A DNA stretch of 64,000 nt from the human T2T-CHM13v2.0 reference genome, Homo sapiens: the NCBI RefSeq assembly GCF_009914755.1, contig NC_060927.1, one strand, 5' to 3'. Shown one piece after another: positions 16,003 to 33,037 of this stretch (the stretch's first letter is position 1; every line of letters begins with the position of its first letter). The notes beneath the pieces are model-generated. The model had not been told where the DNA came from. It saw only the letters and a program-made list of their open reading frames with translations, and ran no database searches. The position numbers and the translations under genes are program-made.

Positions 16003-17109
16003 CTAATTAAACATAGAAAAACCTCTTTTAGGGAAGATAATCCTATTGGATCTGCTTGCAAGATTTTTCCAGCCAGCTTCTGCCTCTTGGAGCTTCAATT
16101 AAAAGCTGTTTAGCAGATGGCAAATTCTGAGTTACAAAGTTAGACTCTTTGGCAACGATATGTGCTTTTGCTTTCCCAGGGGATCCTGGCCACATATGGC
16201 CCTGGAAGAGGCGCGAGAGCTCTTTCTTGGCACACAGTAGAGAGCTCCTCTCCCAGCTTAACACACAGATGACAGGCATTTCAACATAACCATCAAGGGT
16301 GGTGAGCAAGAGGGGAGTTTTCAGTTAATTCAGAAATATGGGGGCCCTGGAAATCATAATATATCAGGGCTGGAAGGGAACTCAAACAGCGTCTACTACA
16401 ACCCCTTCTTCATACAGAACGAGGGCACTGAGCCTTGGAAGAGGTTATGCAATTTATCTAAAGTTGCCCAGCAAGGGAGAAGCAGAGTCGGGATCAGGCT
16501 TGTGCTTATTTACCATAGAAGCACTTCTCTATTCACTTGGAGGACTGTGTTCATTGCCTGACCCTTTCCTTATAATCACGAGGCTCCTGAAGAGATATTT
16601 TACCAATGACCTGACAAATTTGCCAGAAGGCCTTGAAAGGGTCATTCATCCTCATGTCCACCTCCTGCTTTATTGCAGGACAAAACCAGGACCCTCTGAA
16701 ATGGAACTTCATCACTCTTCTCTTCAAAGCTTTCTACTACAGTTGAAGTCACAGTTTCTCTTGGGTGCTGTCAAAGAGAAACAGAACCGGACACTAAATT
16801 AAAGATTGGGGGACAGGTTTTATTCAGTAAAATTACAGTAGAGGAGGGAACTCAGTATAACCTGAGCTCAAAGAGTATAACTCTATCAAAACAACTTCCA
16901 TTCCACAATTCTATTTTGAAGCTCCTCTTTTGTAGTAGACATGGTCATGTGCTGGACATACAACAGTGGACAAGGCATTCAGGGTCCCAGCTCTCATGGG
17001 TCTCACAATTCAGAAGGAGAAACAGACATCGAGCGTATCATTTTAATAATATTTACATAATCACAGTTGGGGCAGTTTTAAGAAATAAAAACACAGTAGT
17101 GCTCTGATG

Positions 17110-17635
17110 ATCTATTACTGCATAACAAACCATCCTAAAACTTAGTCTTACAACAATGACAATAGATTGCATAGTATTGAGCAGTCAACAGAGATAGCTC
17201 ATTCCTGCTCTACTTGGCGTTAGCTAGCATGGCTCAGAAGTAGGGTACTGCTATCATTTGAAGGAAAACACACTCACCTGTCTGGCAGTTAATGATGGCC
17301 GGCAGCTGGGACCTCAGCTGGAGCTGTCAGATGGAATACATACACGTGGCCTCTCCATGTGGCCTGGGCTTCCCCACAGTATGGTGGCTGAGTTCCCAGG
17401 GTGTGTATCCTGAGAAGGATAGTGGTAGAAACCACATTCCTTTATGACCTAGACTCAAAGTCACACATCGTTGCTTCTGCCCCATTCTAGTCAATATTGC
17501 AAACAGAAAGTATTGCACCATTTCAAAGGGAGGGGAAATAGACACCACCTCTTGATAAGGGAATGGCAAAATTTTGGAATAGCATGTAGGATCAAAAGTA
17601 TAGCTGTGGTGATTTTTTCAAAATACAATTTCTCT
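17110..17635 (-). mobile_element. MLT1F/G/H-like LTR inside an L2 fragment
   Basis: 'atctattactgcataacaaaccatcctaaaacttagt', 'ggcctctccatgtggcctgggctt'. Confidence 0.65.
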
Positions 17636-17954
17636 CAAGTGTCTGTGAGAAAGCTAAGAACCTATCAGAAGGAATCAAGAAGGTGTTTTTAAGCTGGGAC
17701 CTGGAGGGCGAATAAGACTAAGACAGATAAAAAGGGAAGGAGTAGGGGAGAGGAGAGAAATGTTCCAGACAGTGGATCCTGGCACAGAATGAGCTTGGCT
17801 ACAGGAAGAACTGAAAGGAAGCCAATGCGGCTGCAACATTTATAATAAAATGAATGAGCAAAGGTTCATAATAAAAAAGTTGCAGCAACTTGAAAGTGCT
17901 TAGTAGGGACCCTCCAGCTACCATCAGGTAATGCCATGCTTAACCAGCCTACAC

Positions 17955-18830
<876 letters not shown>

Positions 18831-18833
18831 ACT

Positions 18834-18969
18834 TAGGGTAACCATATAACTCACTGTCCAAAGCAAGATACTTTTGAGAGTCAAAGTGGGCACTTTTGAG
18901 AGTCAAAGTGGGCACTTTTCAGGCATGAGCTAGGACTGTCCTTGGGAAACCAAGACGTGTGGTCACCCC
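18834..18969 (+). mobile_element. MER94-like (hAT-Blackjack) with internal 22-bp tandem duplication
   Basis: Terminal inverted repeats 'tagggtaaccatata' and 'tgtggtcaccc'. Confidence 0.7.
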
Positions 18970-20231
18970 ACTGCCATGCCCGCACGAGTGGGAGCACAAG
19001 CTCTCTTAAATTCTTTTGTCTTTCCGACATTCATCATGCCATTTGTAAACATATGCTTTACTCATTGAAATTGGTTTTAAATTTTATTTTCTGTTTCTTT
19101 ATTTTCTGTTTCTTGCTTTTAGATGATGAATGTTATGTTGAGGTCGCCTTTTCATAATGAATCTGGAACTTGAGAGCTACAAATCTTGCCCAACAATATC
19201 TTTCATGCAAGCTGGGACAGCTGCTGGCACTGTGGATATAAGTGCTTAGGATGCCTTCTCTCTTAGATGAGAGAACCCCAAGCAATGGAAGAATTTGCTT
19301 CAAGAAATGCTTTTTAAAAATCTCACTTTTTGGCTAAGTGGTAAAAAACACACACACAGTGATGACTCATCAGTTGAAATCAAATCCTTCATCCCAAAAA
19401 AGTGTTTTTATAAGAAGTGGGTGTTTTTTTCTTTCCCCAAAGGCAGACTGCATAATATTTGGTGCTTCTCTTTTCTGAATAATTTATTCCGTTTCAGTGG
19501 AAATTGACAGTTTCAGACTGGAGCCAATAACATTTTATTTTCAGAGCTATGCTTGGTACCCCCATTATCCAGGGATCTGCTTTTGCCTACAACCCTAAGG
19601 GGAGTTCAGCCATCAAACCGTTTCACACCAGCACAATTCCCCTCTTCCTCCCTTCCCTTTGACCAGCTACTAACCTGTTCTTCTGAAGACCCTGGAGCAG
19701 AATAAATGCCTAGAGAGAGCATTTGGAGACCGCATCCAGGTATACAAAAGCATGGCAAGTTTATTGTTTTTCAGGAGCCCAATCACAGAATCGATCCATA
19801 TCTCCTGACCCAGGTACTCCACTCAGAAGTCTGTTCTTTTCACAGCTCTCCTCTACAAAACATTTTCTTTCTGTTGTTTCTTTCCTAAGACTCTACAACT
19901 CTGAAAGAAAGCAACGTGATTCATTTCTGATCCGTGAAAGTAAACATCCTATTCCATTCCATTTGTCTTCTTGGAAGCTTCCACAAATGTCTCCTTGCTA
20001 GAAAACAAAAATACAAAACTTGTACTCATTTCTGTTCCAGACTGAAATACATGGGAAACTTTTATGGGTCCTGGACTATAGTCTGGCCTTCATGAATTAA
20101 GAAGATATTTAAGAGAGATATAACAATAGAGTTAAGACTAGGAAAATAGTTTTAAAAACTTCTCAGGTTGAAAACAGCAGCATCCAACAGCTGCTCAGAT
20201 CAAGAGTGGGACTAGACTTAGGGTGACCAAC

Positions 20232-20393
20232 TGCTATGGACTGAACTAAAATACATATCTTGAAGCCCTAACCTCTGATGTAATGGTATTATGAGACAGA
20301 GCCTTTGGAAGATGAGGAGGTTTAGATGAGGTCATAAGGGTGAGGCCTTCATGATGGGATTAGTGCCCTTATAAGAAGAGACACACCAAATAC

Positions 20394-20429
<36 letters not shown>

Positions 20430-20636
20430 CCCCCATACCCCACTGTCTAGCACGTGAGGACACAAGAAGAAGGCATCTGTTTACACACCAGGAGGAGAGA
20501 CCTCACAAGAACCCAATCATGATGGCACTTTGATCTTAGACCGCCAGCCTCCAGAACAGTGAGAAAATAAATTTCTGTTGTTTATGCTGTCCTGTTTAAT
20601 GGTATTCTGTTACGGCAACCTGAGCTGACTGAGACA
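20232..20636 (+). mobile_element. MLT1A/MLT1A0 solo LTR with internal (CT)n, inserted in a MER81-like element (20219-20740)
   Basis: TG...CA termini 'tgctatggactgaa...gactgagaca'; left flank is the MER81 TIR 'tagggtgaccaac'. Confidence 0.8.
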
Positions 20637-21467
20637 TTAACGGTTCCAGTTTTCCTGGAATTGAGTGGGGATCCTGGGATGTGAAACTTCCAGTTTTCTA
20701 ACCTAGAAAGTGCTGGGGGCACCAGGGCAAGTTGGACTGTAGTTCTCTACCCCTGCTGCTCTGTCTCAAAGAGCCAGGGTCTGCCCAGGAACAAGAAGAG
20801 GAGGCAAAGATGCCTCAGCCAGGCCTAGAGGTGAAAGCACAAAGCCCGAGGGGCTGCCAGGCCGTTAGACTTCTAGGTTCAGAGGTGCTAAGGAGTGCGT
20901 GGGACAAAAGGCTCACGGTGATTAAGGTGAACAATATTGTTAACAGTGCAAAAATATTAAGGCAAAACCCCAATCTACAATGAAGTAATCATTTAACTTC
21001 GTAAAACAAATTCCACCTGAACTTCTGGAGTCTCTTTCAGGTCCTTCCCAGTGAGAGTCCTTGGGAGTTAGGGGTGGTGTGGGCTTCTAGTCAAATCCTG
21101 GGCTTCATTGCTGTTCCTCTCATAGGCTCCAGGACCTCTCTCTCCAGCCGTCTCAGGGATAGGACGTTAATTGTTCAAGCTTCCTTTTTGTCCTTGCTGA
21201 CCCTGCGTACCCCTACCCGGCTTCAGACCAAGAGGACATGCTCCCTGTGCTACCTTGTACTAAAATGCCTGCCGGGTAGAGGGGGTGGGGAATGGGGGAT
21301 GGGCAGTTAATAGCATCATGGAGTCTCCTCTCCAGGTCTGTCTTCAAGAAAAAAAAAAATACCCAAAAGTTGGGAAAAAGGCAAAAAGATGCATGACCTT
21401 CACTGTCAAGCTTGCATATGGGCCATGCGACTTTCTAGTAGAATTATTATTTATTCTCGATTCATGA

Positions 21468-21841
<374 letters not shown>

Positions 21842-22218
21842 GATACAAAGAGTTTTTATCCAATAACAGTGCAAATAATTTTTTGTCCTACAGAAATAAA
21901 AATGTCTCCTGTTTAGTAGAGAAGATAATCCTAAAGTTTACAGTTTTACTGCTCTGAAGAAAAACAATCAGCTTAGTATCTAACTTTGAGATCTTATTCT
22001 ACAGTTTTTTCTTTTACTAACCACATTTACATCTGTTTTTCTTATATACTTGGTTCTCCCATTAATGAGTTAAAATAAAACCTTGACATGTACTCATTAT
22101 GTATTTGTATGAAAATCATGCTTTTTTTTTTTAACATTTTGGAAATTAGACTTTTTGAAGTTCCCCTCACTGCACACCCATTTATCTTTCCCTTTGAACC
22201 CACAATGATGTAGTTCTA

Positions 22219-22653
<435 letters not shown>

Positions 22654-24054
22654 TTATACATAAGAGCAAAATCTGAACACTTAAATGGCCAGAAATAGAA
22701 AATAGAAAATTATGGTACATGAGCAGTTAATATTACACAGCTATAAGCATAATTATCATAAAGACTATTGCAGCAACATGGCAAATGCTCAAGCTAACGT
22801 GTTGTGAAAAAAGCAATATGTAAAATATGAACTGGAGGGAAATCAAACATGAAAATATCTATTAGGAAACTTTATTGGTTTTTTTTCCAAGTTATATTTA
22901 ATGTAGTTTTTGTCTTTTCAGTGAAAAAAAAAAGTAAAAGAGAAAGTTTAAAACCAGAGGAAACAGAAAATTCATGTGATATTGATATTCCATGAATAGT
23001 TATAACTGACATGGTCATGAAATTCTGGTTGGAAACTTTCGTTGAGTAACTGTCCTGAAATCTCCCCGAACTCCCCCATTCCATCACCCCTCACCTCTGA
23101 AAACTTAGGAGCTCTGAGGTCACTTACTACTCTGTCATCTAATATCATCACGGCAAGGAAAGACCACGTCCTGTGACCATAGATAGAGCTTGATAGGATA
23201 GAACTTGAGGGGTGGGCTTCCAAAGGTTTGTGAGGACACACAAAACCCCAACTCTCAGACCCATGGGCAGGGATATGAGCAGCTCTGCCACAGAGCCCTG
23301 GGAGGGCTCTCAGGCACCCTTTTGGGCTGTCAAGTTCCAGCCGCCCATCCCTGCCCTCATGGCCCTGCCCCTGGTGCCAAACATTCTACCTGACTTACCC
23401 ATATCCACCTGTGGGCCAGAGAAACTCATTATTCAGCCACTAGACCCCAAACTGGGACCCCAGGGCCCTTACCCCTTTGTCCACCTTGCCTTCCCTCTAC
23501 TCAGAGCATCCACGCCTGACCACAGTGAAACCATCCTGACCATGGCCTAGCTGTCCTTTTGAGGACAGACCTTTCCCTCCCTGCCCTCTTGGAGAAAACC
23601 ACAAAAACAAATCAGGAGCCAGCTTTGTTCCAAGGGGAATGTTTTCACCCTGCTCCCACTTCATGAAGTTCTTTGGCCCAGAACACAGGAAATGAAGCAT
23701 TTATGAGGTTTCCCGGAGGTATCCATGCAGCAGGACCAAGTACCTGCCAGCTCCGACCTCACTTGGAGTTGCTTTTGTTTCTCTGGCAGCTAGCGTTCTT
23801 AAGCTGGCTCATTTAAGTGTGTGTATTTACAAACAGACTTTACTGGTATTCCTTAAGAAACTGCTTCCTTCTGATTACCCGACTCAGTCTCTGTTCAGTG
23901 AGTCAGAGTCATATGTTGTTTTATACATTGGTGTATCCTTGGCTATTTTCTAAGCACAGATCCCAAGCATAAGCTCCTGATGGGCAGGGACATGGGTGAC
24001 ATTTCTTTATAGCCTAGCAGCTAACATAGTGCCCTGTATAGAATAAATACCTGT

Positions 24055-25590
<1,536 letters not shown>

Positions 25591-26505
25591 ACTGAAAAAC
25601 CACTGTTGGCAAGAATTTTTTCTGCACTGTGACTCATACCTCCCTAACTGATCAATTTGGGATGAAGATTTATGAAGCACCCACTGTGTACAGATTCTGG
25701 CAGTAATCACAGGTATAGCAAGAGCGGGGAAAACAGCAGCAGCCTTGGTCCCTAGTTCTCAAGGAGCCTTTTTCAGCTCCACAGATAATAATATCTGGAC
25801 ATTCTTAAGTCACAGCCACTGAGCCAGATTGTATCAAATGCTAACAGCTCATTAAGAGACTTCTTGACACGTGAGAAGCCACATTAACCCCTTCATGCTT
25901 CCACTGAGGCAGCTGTTGCCTGGTCCCTTTGAGAGCCAGCCAGACCCTGGGTTGGTTCAGCTGCTGGCAAATACCACCAGGAAAAACAGAAAGGAAATGG
26001 AAAGCCAGTGCAGAAAGTATTAATGAGATTTTAAACTGTGCAATTCTGACCTTGAGGACTCCCTACATCTAAGCAAAAGAAGCCGAAAAACAATTTACTC
26101 CCACATTTCAGCAGTTGACTTTTCTGTATTGTGCAGTCTTAATGGAGTTGTTAGCATCTTAGGACAAAAATGAGAAAATTTCCCCAGGTGGTTCCCACTC
26201 CTTTCTTTCCAGGACTTTGGCAATGCCAATGTGATGTGGCCAGACACCACCTCAGAAGCATTGTAAATTTGGGGGAAGAGCTACACGTTTCTTCCCAGGG
26301 AGAAAGGTGCCATTTCCTTTGGTGATACCAGCCTCTTTGCAGTAAAACAAACAAAACAAAACCCCAAAAGTTTGCTTTTATAAAATCACTACATTCTAGA
26401 AAAGGCAAACATGTAGCACGTGTGCCATAAACTTTTCTCTTGTGTCCTTAACAGACATTGTTAATTGATCACAGCATTGTTAATCACTGAGCCCAGTTCC
26501 AGAAT

Positions 26506-27411
26506 CAGTGATGTGTTGAGCTGGTTGGTACTAACTTTTGAGAGCCAGTTGTTAAATTTTCTTGCTACCCAGTTGTTAAACATGCCCATTATTAAAAATT
26601 AAATTATATGAACTTATAATTAAATGAATTATATGAAAGCAAAGGTAATGGATACACAAAATACATTTCCTAATTATTTTACCACATTTTACTATTACCT
26701 ATGGTTCTGAGGTTATTTACATCTATAGAATCTGGAAATACTATATAATGATGCCCTACTCTACATCTCTTCCTAACTGTTTAGTGATATGGTCCTGGTA
26801 GCTTGAAATAGGCCACAATGACACACTGTTTTACATCACAAAAATTGGCAAATGCTATGATGTGGGGGTCTGTCCTGCAGACCCTGACCCAGTGACAGAG
26901 GAATAACATGCACCGACACAGATATTTTGCTTTGTCAGTCCAGCTGAGTGTGGGGAATGCTTACAGACTCCCAGGAGAGTGCTGTAAACAGTTGTGACCG
27001 CAGCCCCCACCAGCCAGTGAGACTGGCATTTATTCAGTAAAGATTAATTGACAAAGGCTTGAGTCAACACCACTAGAGGGTAATTGACATTGCAGACCTC
27101 CCGAGTAGAAAGCAATTAAGCACCTGCGGTAGATCAACGGTTAGACATGAGTAAACAAGCTAGTAAGATAAACTCCCCCACATTCCTTTGTATCTACTTT
27201 AATCTATTTAACTAAAGGTAAAGGGACTAGGCAGCCTTCAGCCAGATCTATTACCAAAGTTATGCAAACTCTCAGGCCTTCCAAGAGGGTCTGTGGCTAT
27301 TATAACTAAAATTTTTCCCACCAGCCTGACTGAACCCTCACACTACAAGTCAAAGCATCCCTTCTACCAACACTGAGAACTAATTGTTAAACATTTACCA
27401 GCACACCACTG
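26506..27411 (+). mobile_element. MER63-like hAT element split by LTR22
   Basis: TIRs 'cagtgatgtgttg' and 'ccagcacaccactg'; internal 'cattattaaaaattaaattatat'. Confidence 0.75.
26861..27342 (-). mobile_element. LTR22-family solo LTR (HERV-K22/HML-5)
   Basis: Reverse strand starts TGTGAGGGTTCAGTCAGGCTGGTGGGAAAAATTTTAG and ends GACAGACCCCCACA; flanks CTATGA/CTACAA. Confidence 0.8.
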
Positions 27412-28396
27412 CATCAGATGACAAGAGACCCTGCGGAAAGAAGGCAAAGCATGCCAACCCAAACCATGCTGCCTGTGATGGGGGAGGGAGTACTGATCAT
27501 CATGCCTTTCCAAACAAGACTTGGCATGGAAAAATGTGCTGCTGAGCACTAGATCCAGCCAAGCCTGAAGCCAAAACTGCTGTACATTTTACCAATGAGA
27601 CTTACCTAGGGGCACTGTTTTCTAACTCTCACAAAGACATCATATGGACTAGCAGCTTGGCCCTGGAAGGGACAGGTAATTGTTTTCTCTGGAGTCTTCT
27701 GGAAGGGTGCCTGGAGGACTCATCCCAGAGCAACCAGCCAAGGTCAGTCAAAATCAGAAGCAAACATGGGCATAACAGCTGGAGGGGCTGGACAGAGGGG
27801 TGCAGCAGAGAGGCCCCTAGAGCTGAGAGGGGTGCAGGCAAGGGGTGAGACTCCAGAGCGGATCTGGAGGTTCTTCCCAGGAACCCGGCCTGGCCATTTG
27901 GGGTGGCAGAGGCTAAAAGGCAGGGAGCAGGCCCAGGGCTCAAAGACCCTGCACTCAGAAACGGTAATGGAGATCCTTTTCTCTCAATTTCAGGCAGTGA
28001 AACACATGAAGGGGAAAGTCCCCACAATCTGGGCCAAATGGGGGTATCGTAGGCAGAATCTCATGGCCTGAAGCTCTGCCTCCAGGGTCAGGAACTCCAA
28101 GCTGTTCGCCTCTCAGTTTCTTCTCTCTCTCTCTCTTTTAAATTTAAAGTAGACCTCTGCTCTAAAATATTCAAGACTAATCTGCACTATGTTCCTCTAG
28201 GAACTTCTCCTAAAATGCAGATTTGGGAGCTACACCTCTTGGAAAGGTGATTAAGCGGTTTGGAAGCCCCTGAGATACAACCTCTTTATTTTATTGCTGG
28301 TTTTTCTGCAATGGCATCACTGCCAAAGGCAGCAGAAGTCAATGTATTGGGGTGGAATGGAGATAGAAGGGTAGCTTTGGGGCTGTGGTGGCAGGC

Positions 28397-28565
28397 AGGA
28401 CAGGCTGCACAATTTGCGGGGCTCAGTGTCAAATGAAAATGTGGGCCCCTTTTTCAAAAATTACTAAGGATTTCAAGGCAGTGATGGCAAAGCATTAAGA
28501 CATGGGCCCTTCTGACCCCAGGGCCTGTATGTAATGGCAAAGGTCACCCCATGAGACTGGTCCTG
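28397..28565 (-). mobile_element. MER45A-like (hAT-Tip100)
   Basis: 'aatttgcggggctcagtgtcaaatgaaaatgtgggccc' with CAGG...CCTG termini. Confidence 0.7.
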
Positions 28566-29071
28566 GTAGCTGGTCACCAGCTGCCTGTGGAGATCTTATA
28601 TTATCTGAATATTTATAACCCAAGGGATGCCCACCTGATTTTTAAGGACCAAGGCTGCAGAGAAAGGCAGTGAGTCTTGCTGACCCCGTCCTGACTTGGA
28701 AGGAGAGCCGCAGTCCTGGGGGACCCAACAAAGCAGATCTTCAGGGTTTGGGGAAACTTCACTTTCTCCCAGGGTCCAGAGGCTCCAGATCCCTGGCTTG
28801 GTACCTGTTTGGCTCTGGAATGGATACAGAAATGTCTTAGGGAGATAGGAACAGAAGTGAAGGAAGACCCCAAATTTGGCAGCTCAGCTACATGGGAGAC
28901 CACAAGCTGACCGGGTCAACCTCCACAGAGGACTATAATCCCGCCCTGCATCCCAACCAGCCCCGAGTGTCTCAGGCATGACTGTTTCTCATTGGTCAAG
29001 TCATCCCCTTTTCACTCTGATCCTGTCCTGAAAAAAACAAACAAACAAACAAAAAACCAAAAACCAAAAAC

Positions 29072-29178
29072 TAAGAGGATGACCAACTCATCTCAGTTTG
29101 CCTGGGACTTTCCTGGTTTTAGCACTGAAAGCCCTGTGATCTGGTAAGCCTGTCAAAAAGGATGGCTCGTCACCCTAG
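29072..29178 (+). mobile_element. MER81-like
   Basis: 'tgaccaactcatctcagtttgcctgggactttcctggttttagcactgaaag...gtcacccta'. Confidence 0.7.
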
Positions 29179-29737
29179 AAACCAGTCATAGCAAATGTCC
29201 ATAGGAGGCCTCCTTCTGAAAAGGATGGAGTCATTCCTGTGGCCAGGCATCTCCTAAGGTTAATTGGCTAAGACCCAACAATTGGATACAGCAGGTGCAA
29301 CTCCTTCAGCATCTCCAGGTACATTTTTCTGGGCATTCCCCAGGATCTTACATCAGTCACCATCATGTATAGCAAGGGCATCTTACTAACTGTGACTGTA
29401 GTTAGTGATTGGTAACAGCTGCTTTGGGTTTTTTCCACCTGAAAACCCCATCCATGCCCCAGGCAGTGCTTCTCATCTCTGGCTGCACATTAGAATACCC
29501 TGGGAGGCCAAGCTTTGTTGTTGTTCAAAATGCCTAAATCATTCTGACACACACCCAGGGTTAAAGGCCCACTGCTCTAGGGCCTAGAACAGTGGACATT
29601 TTACTGCACCTTTGTCCAAAACAGCATTCTGAGGTCAGTCAGGCCCTGCCCAGGGTCTCCTTCAGCCCACCTCCCTGCGAGTGGAGGGGGGCTTATACAC
29701 AGGCATAAATCCTAGATTAAGCATGTTTGCTTTGCAA

Positions 29738-29865
29738 TTTTTTTTTTTGGAGGGACAGGGTCTCATTATATTGCCCAGGCTGGTCTGGAATTCCTGGCCT
29801 CAAGTGAGTTTCCCATCTTGGCCTTTCAAGTAATCGGAATTATGGACATGCACCATGGCATAAGC
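29738..29865 (-). mobile_element. FLAM/AluJ monomer
   Basis: 'gacagggtctcattatattgcccaggctggtctggaattcctggcctcaagt'. Confidence 0.75.
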
Positions 29866-32663
29866 AGGTATTTTAAGACCCAAAAGAATATCAGCCCTGT
29901 TCTATTTTCTTGATTATCAAAGCATTTGGCACTGCTTTTGATGATCAATTTAAATATTTTCTCTCCACGTTCTTGCCATTTAAAGACTAAAACTCTGAAA
30001 GCTCCTGGTTTCACAGACAATGGTCAGGAGGCTCTATTGACTGTCCAATTGGAATATTCTTGCACTGTGGATACTGTGAGTCTGATGACTAACCATGTTC
30101 CTTCCTTTACACTGGCTGCTAGGAAGCTCAGAGTCAATTTGTAGCTCACTTCTAGGAATTGTACAGATTTATACTTACTTTGCTAACTTCATTTCTGTTT
30201 TTATCTTACTTCCTGAGCCTACTTTCCCTTCAACCCCATGTACTTAGCTATTTATTTTGTCTGATTGAATTGAATGTATACACCAGCTGCCACAAATCCT
30301 TTCAGAAGTGAAGAAGGGAATAATAAATAAACAAATAAAATGCAAATGGTAATGCTATTATTAGGAAGAGGCAGAGCTTCTGGTTTTTGATGCAAAGCTA
30401 CCTCCTCAGGTTGCAATGCTTTTCTCCCTGACTCATGCAGAAAAAGTACTAATGCCCAACCCAGGAAGTGCCTTTCAGCCTTCTCTCTGACACTGTCTTC
30501 TGGCCTCTTCACACAGCTGTGGTAGACACTTGCCTTCAACAGCACACCATCCTCCCCAGTCAAGGCTATGATTCTCTCTACCGGGTTACAAGCTCAACTC
30601 AGGACTCTAGGAGAGTGATTTCACTGCTGGGGTGGAGTGTTGCCATAGTTGTTCCAATTAATTTATTTGATTTATTTTCAGGGTTATGAGAAGGGCTTTT
30701 GATATCAATATGCAAATGTAATTTAAAACTTAAATCAATATTCTGAACCAAGAGCATGGGCATTTTTAACCGGAATGCAGGATAGTCTTAAATGCCTGAA
30801 GTTACAGCTCTTTGTGACTGATGACTTGATTCTCCATGGAGTTTTATTTGCAGATGCCAGGAACTTGGTTATTCCAAGAGCTCTATTGTTCAGAAAGCAA
30901 GGAGGCTATGTAGGGTGTTCAAGATGTCTTCACTTTCTTCCAGCTGCATGACTATTCAGAGGTTCTGTACAAATGGCTAAGGCAAACCCTCCATATTATA
31001 AGCAACATTTACAACTCAGTCCATGAACTGTATGCCCACTTTCCATCATAGAATCCTAGTGCTGAAAATTATCTGGGTGAACATCCAATGCAGCCCTTTC
31101 ATTTGATGAATAAATAAGCTGAAGGGACTTGTCCAGGATCCACATAGGGAATGAGTGGCAGAGTTTGGACTGGGATCCAATCCCACTCACAACTCTGACC
31201 AACCCAGAATCAGGCGCATAAACTTCAATTCTAGCCTCCTCAGACAAGCTTACCAGGGATTTCCTCCAGTCCTACTCTACTTCCAACCTACTTCATATAT
31301 TCAAGGTACCCTCCTGATGCATTCTATGCCCCAAACCATCTGAATATACGGCCTTCTGAACCCATAATTGAACATGAGGCCTAACTGAAGGCTCCCGTGG
31401 GCAATGGGAACTCTGTGTAGGGGAACTCAGCCTTGCCTCCTCTCTCGAGTCAGGGAATGCCTACATTCTGGACCGATGAACACCTTGCTTATTAGCAAGT
31501 TTTCTCCAGCCTTGCACATTGCCTCTTTCAGGGACCATCTCATGTTTCCAGGAGAGTACATGATTTTCAAAAGCCCCCTTTAGAGACAGTCCCACCCTTG
31601 CAAATTGGCACACAGTACAAAGAACATTCAAGGAGTAAAGCCCAGCCCACGCAGCTCAGGGACCGTTGCCCTCCTTGTCCTCCTGAGACTGCATTTCCTA
31701 CAACACCTCACCCTTCCCCTTCCAGGTGCTCTGCGAGTTTGGGGAGAGGTGTTTGGTAAATTGACAGCATCTGGATCATATCAGAGATTTAAATGTCAAG
31801 CTAAAGATATTTTCTAGTCTTTCCCAGAGGGCTAAGATTTGAGTGCTCATCAATTCATCTCCTCCCTAACTACTTGGATTTTACACTGTAAATGTTCACA
31901 GATTAGTTGTTTCTAGTGCCTCTCCATCTCAAACGGTAAAGTGGAAGCGCTCAGGCCCCACCAAGCTGCCAAGAAGTCACGAGCTGTAGGCGTGTGACCC
32001 ATTGTTTTGGTGTTCAAGATTATAGTAACGCTGGCTGGAGTTTATTTCACACATCCACCCTGCTGTCTCTGGCTCTGATCCAGCCTACAGAAGGGAGGCA
32101 GAAGATCTTTTTAAATGATGGTAAACAATGAGGTCACAGCCCAGAACAGCCCAGCCCTCCTGGCCCCAGCCAAGAAAACACATTCTTAATGGTTACAGGA
32201 GCCCTATGGTTTGCTCTAAGTCAAGGAGTCATGGCTGGTAGGATGAAACAGACTGGGACTCACAAATTAGGAGATCCACTTAAGGGCAGTGGCTTGGAAC
32301 TGAAGAATTCTCACATGAGTCCCCAGATCAGGACCCCAGGCTCTAAACTCTAGCACCTAATGCAGTACCCAGCACATAGTAGGTGGTCAATAACCCCAGG
32401 GGCCTTCCTCCCTGGGCTGTAATTCCACAACCCAACACAGCACCTGGAACATAATTGGTAGTCAATAAATGTTGGTGAATTATTGCATTCATAAATCAAT
32501 AACTGGATGGATAGATGTGTGGAAGGATAAATGGATGATTCGATGAATGTTGTTAAACCTTGACTCAAAACTATCAAGTCAAAAAAGTGGACTCAGCTCC
32601 TTGCAAGGCAATTCCTTTATGGGTTGAACCCTTACTCTTATTGGCACAAAATTCTCCCACTGA

Positions 32664-33037
<374 letters not shown>

